Positions 37,264 to 48,100 of a stretch of 64,000 nt of DNA are shown one piece after another (position 1 is the first letter of the stretch; each line of letters opens with the position of its first letter). The notes below the pieces were generated by a model that was not told the DNA's origin, searched no databases, and saw nothing but the letters and a program-made list of their open reading frames with translations. This stretch comes from Vicugna vicugna (lineage: Eukaryota): the NCBI GenBank assembly GCA_013265495.1, contig MU058065.1:5826302-5890301 (forward strand). Reading direction: 5' to 3'. The position numbers and the translations under genes are program-made.

Positions 37264-38564
37264 CGAGCTCAGGTGAGGTGGGCCGGGCCCGGCGACCTCT
37301 GCCCTGGCTGCGGGCCCCACGGCGGTCCCAGGGCCCCCAAGGACCGTCCTCCTCTGGCCCTCTGCGCAGCCTCTTCTCGGCTTCAGGCCCCACCCTGTTC
37401 TTTTCCAAGGTCTGGGGCACAGCAGCGCCCTCCTGGCCCGGCGTGGCCCAGGGCAGGAAGCGCACGGCCTGCGGCGGGGGCTCCCGCTTCCGACCTGGCG
37501 GGGCTCTCGTCCTGGTCTCGGGGGGATCGGCGCCGGGGGGCGGCACGGGGCTCCGGCACTCCTGGATGGCTCTGCTCCGGGTCAGCGGGAACTGGTCCCG
37601 GCGCCTAACCTCTTGCTGTGGACCTTCCCCGGGCTCCGTCCTGCCTGCTGGCCCGCGGCTCCGAGGCCTCCCTGGCTCATCCCCGGGCTTCCCCGCGACG
37701 CTCGGAGGGGGCGGCTGGGCGGCTTCGGGGCTCAAGGCCCGCGGGGTCTTGGGNNNNNNNNNNNNNNNNNNNNNNNNNNNNNNNNNNNNNNNNNNNNNNN
37801 NNNNNNNNNNNNNNNNNNNNNNNNNNNNNNNNNNNNNNNNNNNNNNNNNNNNNNNNNNNNNNNNNNNNNNNNNNNNNNNNNNNNNNNNNNNNNNNNNNNN
37901 NNNNNNNNNGTCGGAGGCTGGGCTGCGCTGCCGCGTGCGCTCGTCTAGCGAGGCCGCCTTCTGCTGGAACAGGCGGCGCCGCTCGGCCACGCTGCCCGCC
38001 GGCGCCCGCAGCTCCTCCTGCGAGGCCCCCGGCGTGCCCCACTGCCCGCCGCCCTCAGACTTGGGCTGNNNNNNNNNNNNNNNNNNNNNNNNNNNNNNNN
38101 NNNNNNNNNNNNNNNNNNNNNNNNNNNNNNNNNNNNNNNNNNNNNNNNNNNNNNNNNNNNNNNNNNNNNNNNNNNNNNNNNNNNNNNNNNNNNNNNNNNN
38201 NNNNNNNNNNNNNNNNCCCAGCGCCGACTGGCGGCCCGAGGCCTCGCTCAGGGGCGTCTGGGGCCGGGACTCCGCCGTGCCCGTTAGCGAGGGCCCCGAC
38301 GACTTAGACTTTTTCCCTCGCTTGTCTTCGGCGGTGACGTCCTCGGGCGGCACCGGCTCGCGAGTGCGCCGGTGGGGCGGCGTGGGGATGGCCGTGGGCT
38401 GGGCGCTAGGTCCCGGCGGAGGCCGCTTACCCACCCGAGGGGACGGTGGGGGCAACAGCGCGGATTTGGAGGGAGGCGGCAGGGCCGGGCGACGAGGGGC
38501 TTCGCTGGCCGGCTGAGGCTGAAGGTCAAGCTCCTCCCTATGCAGTCCACTCTGAGGGACGCTG
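37264..38564 (-). CDS. SPEG: SPEG exon 4 (large Pro/Arg/Ser-rich exon, two N-runs)
   Basis: [17 protein letters not shown]...[26 protein letters not shown]...RARPTSPEL; frame preserved across both gaps; donor G|gtaagg; 1301 nt. Confidence 0.95.
37754..37909. other. N-run, 156 nt
   Basis: Direct reading; inside exon 4. Confidence 0.99.
38069..38216. other. N-run, 148 nt
   Basis: Direct reading; inside exon 4. Confidence 0.99.
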
Positions 38565-39589
38565 CTGCAGAACCGAGACGAAGAGGGGTAGAAGATTCAG
38601 GGGGGCTCCCTCCTAGACCTTCAGCTCGCGACAGGCATCGGCGGTGGGCATGCTGGGAAGGCTTGAGTGTGACATGGGCCAGACCCTTCTCCCCCTCCCC
38701 CCTAAGAGGAAGGCACAGCCAGAGCAGGTGCTGGGGAGAGGCTGGCGACTCTGGCACCGGAAGATTGGGCTGGTGGCTGGGTCCAGGTACAGACTCAGTC
38801 CCAGGGGCTCAGGCCAGCCCCCTCCCCCCAGCCCCGGAAGCTGGGAAACAGCAGGAACAGAACTGAGTGGTGGGAGAGAAAAGAATGAGGCTTAGGACCT
38901 GAAGGATGAAGTGGTGAGGGAAGGCGGGAGGATTCGATGGGGAGGGGCCCTCTCAGGAATGCAGCCTCCCACTCATTCCTGCCCCCAGCTGGCCCCTACA
39001 GCCCTGCCCATCCTCAGCAGGACATGCCCTGTTCACTGTGGCCCCCAGAAGAACAGGCACATGCCTTCCAGGAGCAATGCCCTTATCCCTGGGCTTGCCT
39101 AGCACCTCCTCAGACCTGAGCCCCTCACCAGTGCTGCCAGGATGAAGCAGGTGGCAGCCAGGGTCCCTGGGGTGGGAAACGAAGACACCCAGTTTCCTGT
39201 TCCCTTTGATTAGTCTGCCCCTAGTACAGGCCTTTGAATTTGTCTCACCCCTGGGAAAGTTACCTTGAGTCCTTGGAAACCCCCCTGAGAAACACAGAGC
39301 TCCTCAAAGGAGTAGGCTCAGAAATAACTCAGCTCAGAAATAACTGCTGCGTGGGCCTGGACGGCGGGTACGGGAAAGAAGGAGGAAGGTGCTGGTCAGC
39401 CCAGAGTGCCCTCTCGCCTCCAAAGCTTTGATGCCTACGAGCTGGGCCTCACCTTCCCCCATCCAGGCCCTTGGTGGTGGGGGGTTCACATCAAATATAG
39501 AGGTTAGCAAGAAAAGGAATCTGAGACGTTAGCATCATACCTGACACATTAGAGGGAGCTTAATAAAAGCTTATGAAATGGCTCGTTGA

Positions 39590-39785
39590 GTACTTATTGT
39601 GTGCCAGGCATGTGCTGAAAGCTTATTGAGTCATTTAATCCTTACGACAATCCTCTGAGGTAGGAACTGTTATTCTCTCCATTTCCAGATGAAGAAACTG
39701 AGGCTTAAAGAGGTGAAGTGCCTTACCAAGGTAACACAGCTAGGAAATGGTTGGTGCTAGGACTGAAACCCAGGTAGTCTGGCTT
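39590..39785 (-). mobile_element. MIR SINE (reverse)
   Basis: tgtgccaggc...catttccagatgaagaaactgaggcttaaagaggtgaagtgccttaccaaggtaacacagcta. Confidence 0.75.
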
Positions 39786-40818
39786 GTGAGCCTTTGTTCC
39801 CTCCAAAATGTCTGGGATTCTGGAGGTACAAAAGGGAAGAGAAATGGTAGGGTACCAGCCACAAGCAGAAGTTCTAGGGGTGCCTAAGTCTCAGGATATT
39901 TTAGACTACCTGGGTCAGCCACCCACACTGCAAACCTCACCTCTGACTAGGGGGTAGAGGAGGAGGGAAGATGCAATCCAGAGTGCCCTGAGGGAGCAGA
40001 ACCTCGGGCAGCCACCTGCAGGGAGGCAGAGTCTACTCTAGGGGAGGGACAACAGTCCCCTAGGAATGGCCTCTGGGAACTGGGTGAGGCATGGAGAGAA
40101 ATTGGAGACAGCAGAGGAGGCCTCTTGCCGGCAGTTTCAAGCTCCAGGCCAGCCTCTGTACCACAGACATTACTGAGGAAATGGGTTCCTCGGAAGTTGC
40201 CATAGCAACTCCAGGCTCCGGCTGGGGCTTGGCAAAGAAAGGCAGGGAAGGAAAAGGCAAGTCCAGGGCACGGGAGCGCCTGGCTAATGCCAACCAGATA
40301 AGACAAGGGAGCCTCCCCTGCGTCTGCCTTGGACCTCTCCCCTGTCTACCACTAGCCACCTCAGCCAACATCAAAAAGGCTTCCCTACACCAGGCCCCTT
40401 TTTTCTCTTCCGTGATGGTACCTCCCCCACACACCCATACCTATCCCCAATCAGGCCCCCCTCAGCTCCCCAAATGCCCCCCAATACCTCTTTCATCAGC
40501 CACTCCCCTCTTCTACTATAGCACTCCCTCTTGTATCCGCCAGCCCCAAACCTCCAAAAATGGCTCCAATGGCTCACTCCAACACCTCCGCTCCTCACCA
40601 CCCCCTACCAGGACAACCTTCAACCCCACCCTCGGGCGTTTCCCCCCAAATCCTCACGTGCCCCCACCTCCATCACTCCAAGCCCTCTGCCTCCACCCGA
40701 GCCCCCTGTCCCCATCCCACCTGGCCCCAGTCCCCTGATACTTCACATCCCCCTGCTTTCCCAGGCCCCTGGCCCCATCTACCCCCTGACCACCTTGCTC
40801 TCTTCTGTCTCCTGGTTG

Positions 40819-40958
40819 NNNNNNNNNNNNNNNNNNNNNNNNNNNNNNNNNNNNNNNNNNNNNNNNNNNNNNNNNNNNNNNNNNNNNNNNNNNNNNNNNN
40901 NNNNNNNNNNNNNNNNNNNNNNNNNNNNNNNNNNNNNNNNNNNNNNNNNNNNNNNNNN
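40819..40958. other. N-run, 140 nt
   Basis: Direct reading; intron 3. Confidence 0.99.
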
Positions 40959-41327
40959 CCCCGAGGGGGGGGGATCCTGGGGACAACTGGAGCCTGAATG
41001 GGTGAGGCAGTAGAGGGCCCCCGGGAGAGTGGAGATCTTGGAGGAAACAGGAAGGGAGAGGGGGTCCACGAGACCATGGAGATGGCACAGTAAGCCAGGA
41101 CAGGTGGGAGCAGGAGGATGTAGGTGGTGATGGCACAGGAGGAGGATGGAGCCATGTGGGAGATAAAGTGGGTAACTGGGGCCAGGAGTGGAAGCAGTTG
41201 GGGGTGGAGAAGTGCACAGAGAGATGGATGATGCTGGGGACGTGGAGGGTAGAGGCTGATGAGCGGTGAGGGGCAGTGCAGGACAGCATGGTGAGGTAGG
41301 ACAGAGTGGGCCCAGGTGAGGCCATTA

Positions 41328-41539
41328 NNNNNNNNNNNNNNNNNNNNNNNNNNNNNNNNNNNNNNNNNNNNNNNNNNNNNNNNNNNNNNNNNNNNNNNNN
41401 NNNNNNNNNNNNNNNNNNNNNNNNNNNNNNNNNNNNNNNNNNNNNNNNNNNNNNNNNNNNNNNNNNNNNNNNNNNNNNNNNNNNNNNNNNNNNNNNNNNN
41501 NNNNNNNNNNNNNNNNNNNNNNNNNNNNNNNNNNNNNNN
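41328..41539. other. N-run, 212 nt
   Basis: Direct reading; covers the 3' part of exon 3 and its donor. Confidence 0.99.
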
Positions 41540-41669
41540 CCCCTGCTGCCCGCTTCCTGCTCCAGGACCGTCTGCCCGCTGCCCCACCAGCTCACTTGCT
41601 CCTCTGAGGTGCCTGTCACGGAGGTCGGGGGTGTGTCCAAGGAGGTGCCCACCAGGGTGTCAGAGCCCC
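41333..41669 (-). CDS. SPEG: SPEG exon 3 (3' part inside N-run)
   Basis: tag|GGGGCTCTGAC; [41 protein letters not shown] then Ns. The end at 41333 is inferred from the remembered human exon size and phase, not seen. Confidence 0.85.
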
Positions 41670-41751
41670 CTAGAGAAAGGAGCACAGTGAAGCTCGGCAG
41701 CTCTTGGGGACAGCTCGCCTGCTGGCTTTGTGAGCGCCCCAGAGAGCTCAC

Positions 41752-41841
41752 CCGTGGGGGTGCTGAAGGCCCCGTCATCCCGAAGCTCCAGGCGCTGGGT
41801 CCCCTGCACATCGCTGATGTCATCCTCACCCGTCTCCGAGT
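41752..41841 (-). CDS. SPEG: SPEG exon 2
   Basis: [30 protein letters not shown]; cag|AC...CGG|gtgagc; 90 nt. Confidence 0.95.
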
Positions 41842-42414
41842 CTGAAGAAGAAGGGGTCTGTGTGGGCAGGACTCTCCTCCCTCTGACTCCAACGCTTCCC
41901 TCTGTCACCTTCTGCCTCCCCCACAGCAGGCTCCATATCGTCACCGGGAAAGCTTCCAGAACCTAGCTTCTCCCCCTCTTTTGCTCCCCACATCCCTCTG
42001 CCTATCCTGGGAGGCTCAGGGTAACCCCTCCCATGCTGGTCCCCTGGCTCCATCTCTGGGCCCTTGGCTCCTCACCCCTGCCTCCTTGGTAGTGCCCCCA
42101 AAGCTACCTAGAGTACACCCTCCCAGCCACTTAATGGATGGCAGGGCCGCAGCCCCTCTCCATCCTCCCCTGTTGGTGACAGCTTGTGTTCCTGAGCAGC
42201 CCCCAAAATCACAAGGTCCTAGGTGCCAAGGCTCTAAGTGCTGGGTTCCAGTACCCCAGGAACAAAGGGGAGTCACCTCAGAGTCGTACTGTCAGGGCAC
42301 TCGACCAACCGCAGGACCAGCCTGTCCTCCACCCCAAATCAGCTGGAACACATCCGGGTGCAGCTGAGGCAGGGTGAGGAGAGGCCAGGTCGGGCAGGGA
42401 AGTGGGGGAGTGGA

Positions 42415-42546
42415 NNNNNNNNNNNNNNNNNNNNNNNNNNNNNNNNNNNNNNNNNNNNNNNNNNNNNNNNNNNNNNNNNNNNNNNNNNNNNNNNNNNNNN
42501 NNNNNNNNNNNNNNNNNNNNNNNNNNNNNNNNNNNNNNNNNNNNNN
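42415..42546. other. N-run, 132 nt
   Basis: Direct reading; intron 1. Confidence 0.99.
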
Positions 42547-42772
42547 GGGCAGGCAGGACGGAGGGGCCATGAGGCTACCCAGTGCCCAGAGATGCCCTGT
42601 GGGGATGGGAGCAAGGGGAGGGAGACACCTGGGATGGGCAAAGCATCTCATTCTCTGCCTGCCTGCAGGTTCGGCTGGGCCCACCTTTGGGCAGTCCATG
42701 TGCTTTGGCAGATTATTCCAACTACCCCAGTGATTCTGGACCCTTGGCAATTTCACTGGTGCTCCCACTGGC

Positions 42773-42778
42773 CACACA

Positions 42779-42829
<51 letters not shown>
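42773..42829. repeat. (CA)n microsatellite, ~28 units with one interruption
   Basis: Direct reading. Confidence 0.97.
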
Positions 42830-42831
<2 letters not shown>

Positions 42832-43929
42832 CTACGTGTACTCAGCCCAGCCATAGACCCATTAGGGGCCAGGCCCACCCTATAACAACATTTGCAACCT
42901 CTCCTTACAACAAACCTCCCTATCTGTTCTGCACCATGATGTGACAAGCACCCTATTTCTGATCCCTTTCTTCTACTGCTGAATGGTCCTCAAAAATGCC
43001 CAGTGGTCAGGCTAGGAGCAAAGTTTTCTAGGCCTATTTTTTAACTTTCCCAGATTCTACCAGGTTCTGTGCCTCAGTTTCTCTTAATGCCATGACAAGC
43101 AGGAGCCATGTACGGGTTGCTGAAGCATGCACTGAACTCATCCCCACCTGGCCCCACAGATGGAGAACAGTAAGCCCAGGCCCACGATGGGGTGTGCCAG
43201 TTGCCCCCCACCCCCATTGCTAGGTCCTCCCTCAACTGCACGACACAAGGAGCCTTCTTGGGTGGGTAGGTGGGTGGGTGGGCGAATTTGGACATGGGGG
43301 GGGGTCCTGCATCTCATGGGCTATCTTCAAGGCCTGGTGCCTCACAAAGGGACATGGACTAAGAGGAGTGCACGTGGGCTAGAGCACGGAGCCCACGCTC
43401 CACGCACCATGGGTGAGACGGCCAAGGGCCCGGCGGGAGTGGCCAGTTTTCTGAAAGAGAAAAGCCAGAATGAGTTGTTGAGAGGAAGGCTTGCTCTTGA
43501 TGCTCTAACGTCCTTATATCTTTGTCCAAACCTCTATATCAAACAGAAAGTCATTCCAGGGGCCAGTGAGGGTGGGGAGAGTAAAAGAGACCCCGGGCAG
43601 CTAGCTTCTCCTACAGGGAATGTCTCCATTCTTCCTTTCCTGTCAGCCCTCCCAGCTGGAGCTCCAGCTTGGCTCTGGCAAGGAGCAGGGAAAGAGAGAG
43701 GAGCAAGGGTCAAATACTGAGACTTGTGACAGAGGACTGGGGACCTGAGCGACACTCCCAGAGATAGAGACTGACTGATGTGAAGGAAGAGATGGGGGGG
43801 TGCTTGGATGGCTGGGAGATGGAGGGATAAGGACATAGATTTCTGCTGGGGGAAGGACAGGTACTTGGGATAGGTGTCAACAGGGCGGGGAGCGTGATGA
43901 GGGGGCGGAGGGCAAAGTCCCCCAAAGGG

Positions 43930-44830
43930 CCGTAGCCTCGTGAAGGCAGGAAGGAGGCCCGGGTCCGCGGAGGACGGGGCTTGCGGAATGCATTGAGCCC
44001 TGCGCGGATCCCTGCGCGGTGCTTTCAGGAGCTCCGGAAGATGGAAGGCTCCAGAGTGGGGGGCTGGGGAGAGCCGGGCGGGGGCCCGGGGCTGGACAGA
44101 GGCGAGGGGTAGCACGGAAGCCTCCACGCCGAAGGCCACCACAGGGGCTTCCCAGGTGGTCGCGGGGATCGCGGGAGCTGGGGGGGTTCTGCCCTTGGGC
44201 GCGGGGAGGTGCCTGACGCAGGCCGGGAGCCCCCCGGAGCACGCCCGGCCCGCGGCCTCGGCGGCCAGGGTGGGGCAGGCGCGGCTCCGGCGCCCCCTCC
44301 CCGGGCNNNNNNNNNNNNNNNNNNNNNNNNNNNNNNNNNNNNNNNNNNNNNNNNNNNNNNNNNNNNNNNNNNNNNNNNNNNNNNNNNNNNNNNNNNNNNN
44401 NNNNNNNNNNNNNNNNNNNNNNNNNNNNNNNNNNNNNNNNNNNNNNNNNNNNNNNNNNNNNNNNNNNNNNNNNNNNNNNNNNNNNNNNNNNNNNNNNNNN
44501 NNNNNNNNNNNNNNNNNNGCGGGGGCCGGCGCCGGTGGCGGAAGGAGCCTTCGGGCTGCGGGAACCCGGGCGGCGGGAAGGCGGCGGCGGCGGCGGCAGC
44601 CGAGGCGGCCGGAGCCTACCCCTCCCCCGCCAGCCCTCGCCCCCTACCCCAACCCTGGCGCCCCTTCCCTCGCTTGCCCGCCTGCTTCCCCTGGGGCAGC
44701 GATCGTCGGCCTCGCAGCACCGCCACCCCGCATCTGCCTCCCGGGCCCTAGGCACTTGGGGAAACTGAGGCACAGAAAGGGTTGCAGTGGCCCCTAGGAG
44801 AGTTCGGGCCACTCTCATTGGCTGCCCAAC
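43930..44830. promoter_or_regulatory. CpG island in SPEG intron 1 (candidate alternative promoter)
   Basis: Dense CpG/GGC repeats, CCAAT box at 44817-44821 (minus), central 212-nt N-run. Confidence 0.55.
44307..44518. other. N-run, 212 nt
   Basis: Direct reading; centre of the intron 1 CpG island. Confidence 0.99.
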
Positions 44831-45103
44831 GCGGCATCCACGCCACCCCCACCCGCCTCCCGTGGGGCTGCTCTGGAAGGTCAGCTGCATCTCCACTTGC
44901 TCACTCCACAAACATGCACACTCGTCCGCCGTGCCAGGCCACAGGGCCATGGTGCTGGGTGGGGGACCCAGGTCATACACAGGGCAAAGGTCCTTGTAGT
45001 GACATGAACCTAGAATACGAAACCCCAGGCTACTCAGGAAAGCCAGAGAGGGTCCTCCAGTTGCCTGATGGTAGGTATTCTGTCTCTGCACTCTGGCGCG
45101 AGA

Positions 45104-45154
45104 GCGCGCGCGCGCGCGCACACACACACACACACACACATACACATACACACA
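45104..45154. repeat. Compound (GC)8(AC)n microsatellite
   Basis: 51 bp of unbroken purine-pyrimidine alternation. Confidence 0.95.
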
Positions 45155-48100
45155 GCTAAGGTGCCCAGAGGTACCTCTGATATTCACAGATACAACCCAC
45201 CTCACTCACAGGTAAGCACACTCGCCAAACTTTCTTTGTCCTCCTCCCATTCAGTACCAGCCACACTTTGCCTACACAAAACTCAACCCCTCCTCAACAA
45301 TCATTATAACTAAGTTTCCTAACATTTATAAGTGCCAGGCACTTTATAAATGTTGCCTCATTGACAACAACACCATGAGCTTGAAATCCTTATGAACATG
45401 TAACTGACTCCATTTAACTGACAAATGACTGAGGCTCAGAGAAGTCCTATCACGTAGCTGAAGCCATACAGGTTCTGTATCCTTGTGTCCCCAGATCCAA
45501 ATTCCCACCCCAATATGCACAAGTAGTGCCAATCCTAGTTTCTGAGATGTGACTTCTAAGTCATTATCATCAACACTGACAGCATGCTTAGCACGGACAG
45601 AGCAATGTGCTAAGTACCTTATATGAATAAACTCATTTAACCTGTGCACAAAGGCACAGAGAGGTTACCTGCCCAAGGTCACAGAGTCAATAATTGGGAG
45701 AGCCGGGATTCTAACCCAGGCACTGTTATTTTGTTACTGATCACTATGCCGTAAAGCCTCATGTGCAGTGGTTCCCCTAACTTTATTTCTTTAAAGCATA
45801 GGTCCAAAATAAATACAGAACCCACTGATGAGTTTTGTTCAGCCCGTGTAATATTTTAAGTGGGGCAAGTACACTCAAATTCAGCTGCTGACAACAGCAC
45901 TTCACTCATTTTCAGTTTCTACTTGGCCGTTGAAGTTATTTGAGTTTGTGGTCATGTTTTAGGTCATGTCTTATACATTCTGGGTGCCTACAGGCAGTCT
46001 TGTTACCCACATCCCCAGAGGCAGAGGTTGCACCTACAGACACATGCAGACATGGGGATGTGCAACGAGAGGGTACACGTGTGTGTCCATATCAGTGGCA
46101 GCTAGAGGACCCTGGGATGGGTGCTTTCCCTGCCCACCCCCAAACACACCCACTCACAGATGAGGGAGCTGAGTGAGGAGAGTGGGTAACCTGAGCGCCT
46201 GTTCTGCAGGAGAATCCGAGGGGCTGGCACATTCCGTTGCAAAAATAACCAATGGGCAGCGGGCGTGAGTGACGGGACAGCTGGGCCAAGGAGGGGCCCA
46301 TGAGATTCTGTGTTCCTGCTCTGGGCCTGCACTGCTCACCCACACAGGGCTGGCCTAGAGCGTGCTGTCAGGGTGGGCCTCCCCTAGCTGGTCCCAGAAT
46401 GCCCCATTTTTCCTCCAAGGCTAGGCAGCTGGGCTCCCCTGCCATTTCCCCAAACTCAGACTTTCAATTTCTACACCACCAGCATCTCCCCTTGACTAGA
46501 GGAAACCCAGGTCATCATGCCATGCCTCATCTCACACGGAGACCTTCCTCTGAGCCAGACACCCACACCCCTCTTTTTCCTGCCTTGCTTCAGTTTTCTC
46601 TCTTCCTTCCTCTGCTTACTCTGCTCTGTATTTCTGACATACTATATAATTTTCACATATTTATTGTTTAATGCATATAATCTGTTTCCCTTCACTAGAA
46701 TGTCATCTCTAGCAGGACAGGAATTTCAGTCCCCCACCCCAACTTATAAATCCCAAGCCCCTAGCACAGTGACAGCACACAGTGGGCGTTCGGTACACAT
46801 GGGAGGAGGTGACAGAGCTGCCGGTAGAGAGGATGAAGGGTGGTGGGGATGGGGACTGTAAATCTTCCTGGAGCAGCTCATTTTCCAGCCTCCCTCCCTT
46901 CTCTGTCTTGACCCAGGCCCTTATCCAGAAACAGCTGGAGAAGTGACCATCTCGCCTTCCACTCAGGATGTTCCTGGGAGGGCCTGCCTTGGCTTCTGGA
47001 GATTCTCCTGCATGGACCTTGGCTGACTTCGTGGCCTCTGTTCTCCCCTCCCAGGGCTCCTCGCTGTTCCAGCTCTGGCCCCTCCTCCTCTCCCTGATTA
47101 GCACTTGGCATGAATGGATGGGGCCACTTTCCATATCCATTCCCAACTCCATACTCTTTTCCTCCTGGTTTTTCATGCAGACATTCCCCATGCCAGGTGA
47201 AAAAGACGGTAAGTATAAAATGCACACAGTTCCTGGTGTATTGCCCATATTTCCATCGCTAAATTGGCCTTCTCTCCTCTCTAATCTCTCCTCTCCATGC
47301 CTTCAAGCCCCTTGCATGGTTCACTACCATCTGCTGACCTTTGGCTCTTCAAGTTGGCACCAGGGTCTTCCAGACCCTGGCTATGAAACTTCCAACTGCC
47401 AAACACAGTAAGCATCGTCAGTCTGAACCTTCTCTTGACTGTGCCCCCGCCTCCCTACACCCTGCCTTTCAGTACAGGCCTCCCCCTGCAGCCACACCAT
47501 GCCCCAAACTATGAGGGTGGCCCTTGCTCTGGTCACTTGATTGGCACATGGCTCCTTAGCCCATGCAAGTGGGAGCCTGATGTTTTGAGAGAGAAGAATG
47601 CCTGCCTATCTTGGAGACTGGGCCTGAAGATGACTTTGGGGATACTGATAGAAGGATGATTATGATGACAGATCCTTGCCTCAGTGTCCCCACACTTCTC
47701 TTTCTGAGGACAAGCACTGTGAACTTAGACCCAGAGACCAGGCTTTGAAATCTGCTTCTGCCACCTCACTAGTCATGTGACCTTAGGTAAATTCCCTCTT
47801 TGAATCCCAGTTTTTTTATACATATGATGGTCAGTAACCTGGGGCTTAAAAGATTAAATACAAAAATGAGACAGGTTGCTTTCCATTTTAAAAGTATCCT
47901 GCATCTCTGCCGTCTTCACTATTCCTGTTCTTTCCTCATTTCTACACCCCAAATCCTACCCTCCTATTTCCCATCCTCCAAACTCTCCAGCCTGCGGCCC
48001 ACTTGCCTTTTCAAGGCCCCAGCCCCCTCTAGCCATGCCAGTATCCCTCTATCCTGAGTTAACATCCCAGGCTTCAGGAGTGCCAGGAACCTTAGCATTA

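Noticed and set aside
37278-38516. 412-aa plus-strand ORF and other ORFs spanning N-runs (also 40654-41892, 43877-45205)
   Set aside because: Shadows of exon 4, or lengths inflated by N codons that cannot show stops.
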